Positions 30,158 to 39,379 of a stretch of DNA of 64,000 nucleotides are shown one piece after another. Source of the stretch: an uncultured Planctomycetia bacterium (lineage in GTDB: Bacteria; Omnitrophota; Gorgyraeia; Tantalellales; Tantalellaceae); the NCBI GenBank assembly GCA_964409365.1, contig CAYPCX010000001.1:684-64683 (forward strand), written 5' to 3'. The notes beneath the pieces were generated by a model that worked only from the letters and a program-made list of their open reading frames with translations, searched no databases and was not told the origin of the DNA. Position numbers and translations under genes: made by a program. Position 1 is the stretch's first letter, and each line of letters opens with the position of its first letter.

Positions 30158-31747
30158 ATGGCAAAAGGATATCTGTCTTTAGTGCTCCATTCCCACCTAC
30201 CGTTCATAAGGCATCCGGAACACGATACCTTCCTGGAGGAGAACTGGCTTTTCGAGGCCGTCACCGATACTTATATCCCCCTCATAGAGGTCTTTGACCG
30301 GCTTCTGGGTTCCGGCGTGGATTTTCGCGTAACCGTCTCGTTAAGTCCCACGCTCATATCCATGCTGAGGGACGACCTGCTGGCCTCGCGCTATATCAAG
30401 CACCTGGATAAGCTCATCACACTCGCCGATCTGGAGATCGAAAGGACCAAACACGACGAAAGGATAAACCGGCTTTCCAGGATGTACCGCGACAGGTTCA
30501 CCCGCGCCCGCCACGTTTTCTGCGACAGGTACGGGAAAGACCTGGTCGGGGCTTTCAGGAAGTTCCAGGACATGGGCAAGGTGGAGGTCATCACCTGCTG
30601 CGCCACGCACGGGTATCTGCCTCTCATGGACCTTTACAGGTCCGCCGTGAACGCTCAGGTCAAGGTGGCGGTCGACGTTTACAAGGACGCGTTCGGTTCC
30701 ATACCTAAAGGAATATGGCTTCCCGAATGCGGGTACCACCCGGGCCATGACGAGATATTGAAGAAGCACGGCATAAGGTATTTTTTCGTGGAAAGCCACG
30801 GGGTCATGTTCGGCTCCCCCAGGCCGAGGTACGGGGTGCACAGCCCGTACCTGTGCAAGTCGGGGGTCGCTGTTTTCGGCAGGGATATCGAGAGCTCAAA
30901 AGCGGTGTGGAGCGCCAAGGAAGGATACCCCGGCGACTACAATTACAGGGAGTATTACCGGGACATCGGCTTCGACCTGGAATATGATTACGTAAAACCC
31001 TACATAAACGGCTGCGGGACCCGTATCAACACAGGGATAAAGTACCACAAGATAACCGGCCGGTCGGAACACAAAGATGTCTATGACCGGCCCGCCGCTC
31101 TCGAGACGGCGGCATCCCACGCAGGGAATTTCATGTTCAACAGGGAAAAGCAGGTGGAGCATCTTTGCGGCATGATGGATACCCGCGCACCCGTTATAGT
31201 TGCCCCTTACGATGCCGAGCTTTTCGGCCACTGGTGGTTCGAGGGGCCGGAGTGGCTGGAATTCCTGCTGAAGAAGATGCATTACGACCAGGACATAATA
31301 AAGACCATAACTCCCAGCGAGTACCTTTCCATGTATGACAGGTTCCCCGTGATGACCCCGGCCGCCTCCAGCTGGGGATGGAAAGGTTACAGCGAGGTCT
31401 GGCTTGACGGTTCGAATGATTGGATATACAGGCATCTTCACAAAATGTCGGAGCTCATGGAAAAAGCTGCAAGAGATCATACGGATCCCAGCGATCTTGA
31501 AAGGAGGGCCCTCAACCAGATGGCGAGGGAGCTCCTTCTGGCACAGTCCAGCGATTGGGCCTTTATAATGAAGACGGGCACGTTCACCGATTACGCCGTG
31601 AAAAGGACAAGGGAGCACATAATAAGGTTTCTCATGCTGCATGACCAGCTGAGAAGCGGCAGGATCGACGGTGAAATGCTGTCGGTCGCCGAGGGCAAAT
31701 ACAATCTGTTCAGGAATATTGATTACCGTGTTTACGCTGAAGTCTAA
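30158..31747 (+). CDS. GH57 1,4-alpha-glucan branching enzyme (DUF1957)
   Basis: LHSHLPFIRHPE, ATHGYLP, GIWLPECGY, PYDAELFGHWWFEGP, LLAQSSDWAFI motifs. Confidence 0.93.
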   Translation: MAKGYLSLVLHSHLPFIRHPEHDTFLEENWLFEAVTDTYIPLIEVFDRLLGSGVDFRVTVSLSPTLISMLRDDLLASRYIKHLDKLITLADLEIERTKHDERINRLSRMYRDRFTRARHVFCDRYGKDLVGAFRKFQDMGKVEVITCCATHGYLPLMDLYRSAVNAQVKVAVDVYKDAFGSIPKGIWLPECGYHPGHDEILKKHGIRYFFVESHGVMFGSPRPRYGVHSPYLCKSGVAVFGRDIESSKAVWSAKEGYPGDYNYREYYRDIGFDLEYDYVKPYINGCGTRINTGIKYHKITGRSEHKDVYDRPAALETAASHAGNFMFNREKQVEHLCGMMDTRAPVIVAPYDAELFGHWWFEGPEWLEFLLKKMHYDQDIIKTITPSEYLSMYDRFPVMTPAASSWGWKGYSEVWLDGSNDWIYRHLHKMSELMEKAARDHTDPSDLERRALNQMARELLLAQSSDWAFIMKTGTFTDYAVKRTREHIIRFLMLHDQLRSGRIDGEMLSVAEGKYNLFRNIDYRVYAEV

Positions 31748-31766
31748 AAAAGGAGGAGTGTAAGAG

Positions 31767-31982
31767 ATGATGGCAGTTGTGAGAAAAATAACCAAAAAAG
31801 CCGCGTCAAAGGACAAGAGTCCGGCCGCTAAAAAGACCAGAAAGAAACTGAGCTCCGACCAGATCCAGGAGCTCATAGCGAAAAAAGCTTACGAGATCTA
31901 TGAAAAGCGCGGCGGCAGGCACGGCGATGACTGGTCCGACTGGTACGAGGCCGAGAAAGCCGTAATGCGCGGACAGAAGTAA
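31767..31982 (+). CDS. DUF2934-domain small basic protein
   Basis: IAKKAYEIYEKRG..HG.D..DWYEAE; AGGAGGAG RBS. Confidence 0.85.
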   Translation: MMAVVRKITKKAASKDKSPAAKKTRKKLSSDQIQELIAKKAYEIYEKRGGRHGDDWSDWYEAEKAVMRGQK

Positions 31983-32010
31983 GATAAACGAGTCCGACGG
32001 CAGATTCTCC

Positions 32011-32036
32011 ATGGGGGCATACTGCCCCCATTTTAT
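32011..32036 (+). terminator. Probable intrinsic terminator
   Basis: atgggggca-tac-tgcccccat stem followed by tttatt. Confidence 0.6.
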
Positions 32037-32049
32037 TAAGTGAGGTATA

Positions 32050-33303
32050 ATGAAAGAAGTACTTTGTGTCATTCTGGGCGGAGGAAGGGGGACAAGGCTT
32101 TTCCCTCTTACCAAGGAAAGGTGCAAACCGGCGGTACCTCTTTTCGGCAAATACCGGTTGATAGACGTGCCTATCAGCAACTGCCTGCATTCCGGATTCA
32201 ACCGCATATACATACTTACCCAGTTCCTTTCGGAATCGCTGAACAAGCACATCAGCCGCACTTACAAGATGGACCCTTTTACCAAAGGCTTTATAGAGAT
32301 AATGACCGCCGAGCAGTCCATGGAGGATACGGACTGGTTCCAGGGCACGGCCGACGCGGTAAGACGCTGCCTTAAGCATTTTAACGATCCGACCATCAAG
32401 CACATTTTCGTCCTTTCCGGCGACCAGCTTTACAAGATGAACCTGATGGACATGTACCATTACCATCTTGATAAGGGAGCCGATGTCACGGTCGCGTGCA
32501 ACCCGGTGCCTGCCGAAGAAGCGCACGGGTTCGGCGTAATGGGGATGGATAAAAGCTCAAAGATCACAAAATTCGTCGAAAAACCCGAAAACCTCAAGGC
32601 CATCAACGACATGGCCGTCAAGACCAGGGAAGGGAAGCGTTATCTCGGGTCCATGGGTATCTATCTTTTCAACAAGAAAGCCCTTATAGAACTCCTGACC
32701 AGGGACAAGAAGGTGGATTTCGGCAAGGAGATCATCCCGGACGCCATAGATTCCAAACCCGCTTATGCGTTCTGTTTTGAAGGGTACTGGAGGGACATAG
32801 GGACGATAAAGACCTTTTACGAGGAGAACCTTGCCCTTACGGATTCGTTCCCGCCCATAAATATGTTCGACGAAAAATGGCAGTTCTTTACGCGGCCCCG
32901 GTATCTCTCCCCGGCAAAGTTCGAGAATAGCTGCATAGATAAAAGCATCATAGCCGAAGGGGCGATAATCCTTTCCGCCAGGATAGTACATTCCATCGTG
33001 GGCCTCAGGATGAGGATAGACAGCGGCACGACGCTTGAGGATACCGTGGCGATGGGGTGTGATTATTACGAGACGGTCGACCAGCTCGAGGGAGATGCCA
33101 CGGCGGGAGTGCCGCAGCTGGGGGTGGGCAAGAACTGTGTTATACGCAAGGCCATACTGGACAAGAACGTGAGAATAGGGGACAATGTCAAGATAGTCAA
33201 CTCTAAAGGTGTTGGGGATTTCGACGGCCCCAATTATTATATCAGGGACGGTATCGTCATCATATACAAGAATTCGGTCATACCGTCGGGTACTGTTATC
33301 TGA
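32050..33303 (+). CDS. glgC: Glucose-1-phosphate adenylyltransferase
   Basis: LGGGRGTRLFPLT..R.KPAVP, WFQGTADAVR, LSGDQLY, FVEKP, SMGIY, YWRDIGT motifs. Confidence 0.96.
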   Translation: MKEVLCVILGGGRGTRLFPLTKERCKPAVPLFGKYRLIDVPISNCLHSGFNRIYILTQFLSESLNKHISRTYKMDPFTKGFIEIMTAEQSMEDTDWFQGTADAVRRCLKHFNDPTIKHIFVLSGDQLYKMNLMDMYHYHLDKGADVTVACNPVPAEEAHGFGVMGMDKSSKITKFVEKPENLKAINDMAVKTREGKRYLGSMGIYLFNKKALIELLTRDKKVDFGKEIIPDAIDSKPAYAFCFEGYWRDIGTIKTFYEENLALTDSFPPINMFDEKWQFFTRPRYLSPAKFENSCIDKSIIAEGAIILSARIVHSIVGLRMRIDSGTTLEDTVAMGCDYYETVDQLEGDATAGVPQLGVGKNCVIRKAILDKNVRIGDNVKIVNSKGVGDFDGPNYYIRDGIVIIYKNSVIPSGTVI

Positions 33304-33343
33304 CGTCTGTCTTCTGACATCTGTCTTCTGACATCTGATAGAT

Positions 33344-34105
33344 ATGCCTGATACATTCGCCATAACCATAATTTTCATTATTGTCTGCACCGTAGTCGGC
33401 GCTTTCATAAAAGGCCGGACGAAAGACAGATGCCTGGACGATTTTTCCGGTTTCAGAGTTACCCTTGAAAGGGCCGACGGAAAAACGGTATGGGGGAAGC
33501 TCCGCGTTGAAAATTCCGGCCTGGAACTCATCTACGACAAGCCGTATTTTGACGAAAAGGATGGACATGCCGAGACCAGTTATATCCTTTACAAGAACGA
33601 ATACGGCGATCTGAGACACATTGTCTGCTATCTTGACGAACTGGACCCAGCCAAGGCGGAGCTCCGCGCGAAAAGCCTCGAAAAGACGACGAACCCGGCG
33701 TGGCATTCGCGCCTTACGCGCAGGGTCCGCAATGTCTTCGGCACCGTCCGGGATTCTATCCTCGAAGTGTTCAACCTTTTCATGGGAAAGATGAAGTCAG
33801 CGGGGTCCGTCGGTAAACTGCTCCAGGGGCAGGACAAGTATATCGCCCAGATGCAGCAGCAGGCCTTTTCAGCGGTCGGGTCCGCTTATGAACCGATACT
33901 GGAAAGATATCTCGGAAAGAGGGTCATCATGGCGGTCGTCAGGGAAGGGAAAAAGAAGGAATACGAGGGCATACTGAAGGATTATACCACCGAGTTCATA
34001 GAACTGCTGGACATAAAGTATAAAGAAGGCGGTGAGCAGAAGGTCCGTGAAGCCGATATCCTGGTGCCCAGGGCCTTGGGGACGGTGCGGCACTCGGGCG
34101 TTTAG
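33344..34105 (+). CDS. Conserved hypothetical protein, N-terminal TM anchor
   Basis: 253-aa ORF with normal composition; no family recognised. Confidence 0.7.
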   Translation: MPDTFAITIIFIIVCTVVGAFIKGRTKDRCLDDFSGFRVTLERADGKTVWGKLRVENSGLELIYDKPYFDEKDGHAETSYILYKNEYGDLRHIVCYLDELDPAKAELRAKSLEKTTNPAWHSRLTRRVRNVFGTVRDSILEVFNLFMGKMKSAGSVGKLLQGQDKYIAQMQQQAFSAVGSAYEPILERYLGKRVIMAVVREGKKKEYEGILKDYTTEFIELLDIKYKEGGEQKVREADILVPRALGTVRHSGV

Positions 34106-34107
34106 GT

Positions 34108-34352
<245 letters not shown>

Positions 34353-34370
34353 TAAAAAGGGGAGCGAACT

Positions 34371-34952
34371 TTGAAGGTGCTGGGGATATGCGGCAGTCCG
34401 AGAAAAGGCGGCAATTCCGACACGCTTCTGGATAAAGCCCTGGAAGGTGCCGCCTCGGCCGGCGCCGACACGGAAAAACTTGTTCTTGATGAAATGGATA
34501 TCTCGCCCGTCCGCGAGAAAGAATATGGTAATATCACGGACGAAGGACTATCGGTGGTTAATGACGACGCGAATGCCGTATTGCGGAAGATCGCAGGATG
34601 CGACGTCCTCATCATCGCGTCGCCGGTCTTCTTCGGGAGCGTCTCCACCCAGACAAAGATCATGATAGACAGGGCCCAGTGTTTATGGGTGGCAAAGAAC
34701 GTCCATGGCAGGGAAGTGTTCCCGGCCAGGAGAAAAGGCGCTTTTATCTGCGTGGCGGGTTCGGACAGGGAGGATTTTTTCGAGAACGCCAGGTCTATCA
34801 TCAAACATTTTTTCGCCGTTATTAACGCCGATTACGAAGGAGAGCTGTTCTGTGCCGGCGTTGATAAAAAAGCGGAAGTGTTGGAACGTCCCGAAACGCT
34901 CGAGAGTGCTTCCGAGCTGGGCAGGATCCTGGCGCGGACAACCGGTCGTTAA
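34371..34952 (+). CDS. Flavodoxin-family / NADPH-dependent FMN reductase (iron-sulfur flavoprotein-like)
   Basis: GSPRKGGNS, ASPVFFGSVS..TK.MIDR motifs. Confidence 0.85.
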   Translation: MKVLGICGSPRKGGNSDTLLDKALEGAASAGADTEKLVLDEMDISPVREKEYGNITDEGLSVVNDDANAVLRKIAGCDVLIIASPVFFGSVSTQTKIMIDRAQCLWVAKNVHGREVFPARRKGAFICVAGSDREDFFENARSIIKHFFAVINADYEGELFCAGVDKKAEVLERPETLESASELGRILARTTGR

Positions 34953-34971
34953 AAGAGCTGGATAATGCCAT

Positions 34972-36063
34972 ATGGATGTTATTCTCGGCATAGTAAAAGA
35001 ATCATTTTTCCTGATGAACAAAATGTCCCCGTATCTTCTTTTCGGGTTCCTTTTCGCGGGGCTTCTTCACGTTTTCATCGATACCGCGACCATCGCGAGA
35101 CATCTGGGCAAGAGCAACTTCCTTTCCGTCGTAAAAGCGTCACTTTTCGGCATCCCCTTGCCGCTTTGCTCCTGCGGCGTCATACCCGCCGCTTCTTCTC
35201 TTCGCAGGGAGGGGGCGAGTAAAGGGTCCATCGTATCGTTCCTTATCTCTACTCCCACGACCGGTGTAGATTCCATTCTTGCGACCTATTCCCTCCTGGG
35301 TGGGCTATTCGCGGTATACAGGGTGATAGCTTCTTTTATGGCCGGGGTATTTTCCGGAGTGCTTACCAATATCCTTGTCAGGGGAGAGCGGGAAGCTCCC
35401 GCGAAAGAAGAGAAGAGCTGCAGGCTTTGCGGGGAGAATGAACAGCACAGGCATTCCGTTCCATATAAGATAAAAGAGGTTTTCCGTTACGCATTTGGCG
35501 AACTCCTGAGCGACATAGGGAAATGGCTCCTCCTGGGCATCCTGATAGGGGGAGTGATCTCCTTTTTTATGCCGGATAAGTTCATCCACACGTATCTCGG
35601 GTCCGGCTGGAAAGCCATGTTCGTAATGCTCGTGATCGGTATCCCGATGTACGTGTGCGCGACCGGTTCGATACCCATAGCGGCGGCTCTCATGCTCAAA
35701 GGCATGAACCCGGGAGCCGCATTCGTGTTCCTCATGGCGGGCCCGGCGACCAACGCCATCGGGATTACCGTAATAGCCAAAGAGATAGGGAAAAAGGCGG
35801 TCGCGATATATCTTTTTTCCATAGCCGTAAGCAGCCTCGCCCTGGGAATGCTGCTGGACAAGGTATGGCATCTCCTGCATATAAAAGGGTTCGATCAAGC
35901 GCTGAAGCACGCTGAATTTTTGCCCGGCTGGATCGGATATGCCTGCACGTTTGCTTTGCTGTTGCTTATTGGTTATAATTTCTTTCATGGCATGAAGAAC
36001 AAGGTGAGGAAGGAAAACCGGAGGGCCGCCGATGAAGGTCTTGATCATCGTGGACATGCTTAA
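34972..36063 (+). CDS. DUF318 / SO_0444-type metal-associated permease
   Basis: GIPLPLCSCGVIP, FLISTP.TGVDS, PMYVCATGS.P, AGPATN motifs. Confidence 0.88.
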   Translation: MDVILGIVKESFFLMNKMSPYLLFGFLFAGLLHVFIDTATIARHLGKSNFLSVVKASLFGIPLPLCSCGVIPAASSLRREGASKGSIVSFLISTPTTGVDSILATYSLLGGLFAVYRVIASFMAGVFSGVLTNILVRGEREAPAKEEKSCRLCGENEQHRHSVPYKIKEVFRYAFGELLSDIGKWLLLGILIGGVISFFMPDKFIHTYLGSGWKAMFVMLVIGIPMYVCATGSIPIAAALMLKGMNPGAAFVFLMAGPATNAIGITVIAKEIGKKAVAIYLFSIAVSSLALGMLLDKVWHLLHIKGFDQALKHAEFLPGWIGYACTFALLLLIGYNFFHGMKNKVRKENRRAADEGLDHRGHA

Positions 36064-36550
36064 AGATTTCATGGAAAAAGGCGGTACGCTTTATTGCGGT
36101 GATAAGGGCAGGGATATCATACCTTTTATCAAGAGCAAGATAGGCGAGTGCCGGACCTCGCCGGATTGCAGGGTTATTTATATCTGTGACGCGCACGATC
36201 CCGACGACAAGGAATTCAACATGTATGAAGCCCATGCCGTTAAAGGGTCGGAAGGCTCCAGGATCATAGACGAGCTCGAGCCGGAAGCATCCGACATCAT
36301 TATCGAGAAGAAGACCCTGAGGCCTTTTTACGGTACCGATCTTGGCAAAGTTCTGAAAGAGCTGGGTCCGGAAGAAGTGATGGTCACCGGTGTGTGCACT
36401 TCCATATGTATCATGGAAGTGGTCGGCGGGTTGAGGGTGAGGGGATATAATACCGTGGTCTACAGGGATGGCGTGGCGGATTTTGATCCACAGGCCCACG
36501 AGCCGGCCCTGAAGAGGATGGAAAAGACGTTCAAAGCGAGAGTTTTATGA
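36032..36550 (+). CDS. pncA: Nicotinamidase / isochorismatase-family cysteine hydrolase
   Basis: IVDM.KDF, DAH, GVCTSIC; adjacent to a nicotinate PRTase. Confidence 0.8.
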   Translation: MKVLIIVDMLKDFMEKGGTLYCGDKGRDIIPFIKSKIGECRTSPDCRVIYICDAHDPDDKEFNMYEAHAVKGSEGSRIIDELEPEASDIIIEKKTLRPFYGTDLGKVLKELGPEEVMVTGVCTSICIMEVVGGLRVRGYNTVVYRDGVADFDPQAHEPALKRMEKTFKARVL

Positions 36551-36665
36551 CAAGGGAACTTGAGCCGAGGAATACGGGACGGTGAGTCAGGTGTCTGGTT
36601 TTGACACTCTGACACTAGTGAGCGCGGCGAACGATGACGCTCTGACACTTTAAGGAGGGCATACT

Positions 36666-37793
36666 TTGGCGAGGTGGCAATACGGGAAGAGGCTGAAACC
36701 CTCGGTTTTCGATATACCCGTCAAGAAGATAAAAAGCGGTTGGTACAGCGATAAATATTTCGTCCGGACCAAAAAAATACTGGAAAAGGACAATAACCAC
36801 ACCCGTGTTCTTATGCAGGTATTCTGCAGGAAGAACGCCGTGGTGTGCGGTATTGACGAGGCGATAGCCATACTCAAATTGTGCGCTGATAGGCCCGAGG
36901 AACTGAAAATAAAGGCCCTTTTTGACGGTGACGAGGTCAAGGCCGGCGATACGGTGATGACCATAGAAGGGGATTACAGCACTTTCGCCCATCTTGAAAC
37001 GGTATACCTGGGCGTGATAGCCAGGCCCACGGCCGTGGCTACCGCCGTTAAAAAGGTGGTAAAGGCCGCCCGCGACAAAAAGGTGCTTTTCTTTCCCGCC
37101 AGGTTCGACCATTACAGGGTCCAGGCGACCGACGGCTATGCCGCTTTCATATCGGGAGCTCTCGGCGTTTCGACAGATGCCCAGGGCCTGTGGTGGGGCG
37201 AGCAGGGGCTGGGTACGGTCCCGCACGGCCTTATAGCCGCCTATAAAGGGGATACGGTCAAAGCCGCGAAGGCGTTCGACAAGTACATGCCGGCAGACAT
37301 ACAGCGCGTCGTCCTTGTGGATTTCCAGAACGATTGTATAGGCACTTCTCTGGAAGTAGCCGAAGCCCTCGGTGAGCGGTTGTGGGGCGTGCGCTTTGAT
37401 ACCGCCGAGGACGTGAGAGATATCTCCGTTAGAGGCAGGGGGAAGGATTCCTACGGCGTTTGCCCGGAACTCGTGTTCAAGGCCAGGAAGGCCCTTGACA
37501 AGCGCGGTTTCGGCCATGTGCGGATAGTGGTCTCGAGCGGTTTCAATGAAGAGAAGATAAAGAAGTTCATACGCCTTAAAGTGCCGTTCGACGCCGTTGG
37601 CGTGGGGTCGGCGCTTCTCAGGGAGAAGGTGGACTTCACGGCCGATATCGTCAAGGTTAGCGGGAAGCCATGTGTGAAGATCGGACGCAAGTATAACCCG
37701 AACTTGCGGTTGAAACCGGTTAGGTTCAAGGACACTGTTGCCAAGTACCGTGACGAGAAGAAGATCTCTCCCGCCCGCCCCCGCAAGCGATAA
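36666..37793 (+). CDS. pncB: Nicotinate phosphoribosyltransferase-like (QAPRTase fold)
   Basis: GWYSDKYF, F.ARFDH, GTVPH.LIA, VDF.ND, GVRFDT, SSGF, GVGS motifs. Confidence 0.75.
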   Translation: MARWQYGKRLKPSVFDIPVKKIKSGWYSDKYFVRTKKILEKDNNHTRVLMQVFCRKNAVVCGIDEAIAILKLCADRPEELKIKALFDGDEVKAGDTVMTIEGDYSTFAHLETVYLGVIARPTAVATAVKKVVKAARDKKVLFFPARFDHYRVQATDGYAAFISGALGVSTDAQGLWWGEQGLGTVPHGLIAAYKGDTVKAAKAFDKYMPADIQRVVLVDFQNDCIGTSLEVAEALGERLWGVRFDTAEDVRDISVRGRGKDSYGVCPELVFKARKALDKRGFGHVRIVVSSGFNEEKIKKFIRLKVPFDAVGVGSALLREKVDFTADIVKVSGKPCVKIGRKYNPNLRLKPVRFKDTVAKYRDEKKISPARPRKR

Positions 37794-37808
37794 TCTGTAC
37801 GAGCCATG

Positions 37809-37837
37809 TTGTCAATCCCACTTTCTTATGTTACAAT
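37809..37837 (+). promoter_or_regulatory. Candidate sigma70 promoter with extended -10
   Basis: TTGTCA-N17-TACAAT with TG at -15/-14. Confidence 0.6.
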
Positions 37838-37899
37838 ACCAACCTAAATTATAATCATTCCCTTATCGATACTTGTATCCACAAAAGCGGAGGCGGAAA

Positions 37900-39354
37900 A
37901 TGAGCGGGGTATTCGGAGCTATTTCCAGCGGTAATTGTTCAGAGGTACTTCTTTACGGGATAGATTATCATTCGCATCTCGGCACCGAATACGGCGGAAT
38001 GGCCGTGCTTGGCGAGACCTTCCAGCGCCAGATCCATAATATCAGCCAGAGCCAGTTCAAGTCAAAGTTCTATGAGGACTGCCAGAAAATGGTCGGCAAA
38101 AAAGGTATAGGGGTCATAAGCGACAGCAACGAACAGCCCATGTACCTCAATTCGAAGTTCGGGCCGTTCTGTATAGTCACCAGCGGTCTTATCGAGAACA
38201 CGGATGAACTGGCGAAGGGGCTTATGGAGGAGGGTGTGTCCTTCAGCGAGATGGGCGGCGGCAGGGTCAACACGACGGAACTCATAGCTAAATTGATAAG
38301 CCGGGGTAAGGACCTCGTTGACGGTATTGAATATATGTTCAACGAGATAGAAGGGTCCTGCTCGCTTCTGATACTGAACGAGGACGGGGTCTACGCCGCC
38401 AGGGACCGCCTCGGTTATACGCCTCTTGTTATCGGCAAGCGCGATGACGCTTGGGCCGTCGCCTCCGAAACGAGCGCCTTTCCGAATAACCGGTTCGAGG
38501 CGGTCAAATACCTGGACCCGGGCGAGATAGTGCTTCTTAATGAACAGGGAATGGCTCAGAGAGTGCCGGGTAAGGAGAAAAACCAGATATGCGCTTTTTT
38601 ATGGATATATACCGGTTTCCCGGCGTCCAGCTATGAGGGTATTAACGTAGAGACGGTGAGAGAGAGGAGCGGCCGTTACCTGGCCAGGCGTGACAAGGAT
38701 ATAGAGGTCGATGTGGTTTCCGGAGTGCCGGATTCGGGGCTCGCGCACGGGCTCGGTTATGCCATGGAGTCGGGTAAGCCTTTCAGGCGCCCACTGGTGA
38801 AATATACGCCCGGTTACGGGAGAAGTTACACACCGCCGTCGCAAAAGACACGCGACCTGATAGCCACGATGAAGCTCATACCCATCGAGGATATAATAAG
38901 GGACAACAGGATAGTCGTTTGCGAGGACTCTATCGTAAGGGGTACCCAGCTGAAGAACTTCACGGTGAAAAAGCTGTGGGATCGCGGCGCGAAAGAGATA
39001 CACGTCAGGCCCGCCTGTCCGCCGCTCATGTTCCCGTGCAAGTTCTGCCTGTCCACCAGGAGCATACACGAGCTTGCCGCCCGCAAGGCGATAAAGGCGC
39101 TGGAAGGGCATGACCTTGAGGACGTTTCCGAGTATATAGACCACACGTCCGAAAAGTACAAGAAGATGGTGGATTGGATAACCGAAGATCTAGATGTCAC
39201 TACGTTACGATACCAGACGATCGAGGATATGGTGGACGCCGTGGGCCTTCCCCGGGAAAAATTGTGCCTTTATTGCTGGAACGGCGAATGTCCCGGTGCC
39301 GGGAAAACCTGTAAAAAAGAACAGGTCGCCGAAAAGGTGGCCGGAGCAAAATAA
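37900..39354 (+). CDS. purF: Amidophosphoribosyltransferase-like protein (N-terminal Ser in place of Cys)
   Basis: RDRLG.TPL, ASE, VPDSG, EDSIVRGT, RPACPP, C.YCW; GGAGG RBS before ATG 37900. Confidence 0.88.
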   Translation: MSGVFGAISSGNCSEVLLYGIDYHSHLGTEYGGMAVLGETFQRQIHNISQSQFKSKFYEDCQKMVGKKGIGVISDSNEQPMYLNSKFGPFCIVTSGLIENTDELAKGLMEEGVSFSEMGGGRVNTTELIAKLISRGKDLVDGIEYMFNEIEGSCSLLILNEDGVYAARDRLGYTPLVIGKRDDAWAVASETSAFPNNRFEAVKYLDPGEIVLLNEQGMAQRVPGKEKNQICAFLWIYTGFPASSYEGINVETVRERSGRYLARRDKDIEVDVVSGVPDSGLAHGLGYAMESGKPFRRPLVKYTPGYGRSYTPPSQKTRDLIATMKLIPIEDIIRDNRIVVCEDSIVRGTQLKNFTVKKLWDRGAKEIHVRPACPPLMFPCKFCLSTRSIHELAARKAIKALEGHDLEDVSEYIDHTSEKYKKMVDWITEDLDVTTLRYQTIEDMVDAVGLPREKLCLYCWNGECPGAGKTCKKEQVAEKVAGAK

Positions 39355-39379
39355 GACCGGAAAAGAATTGAGATATTTT

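Noticed and set aside
36551-36665. NAD-related riboswitch between pncA and pncB
   Set aside because: Only a small tctgacac-type heptamer hairpin is visible and I cannot match it to a known aptamer.
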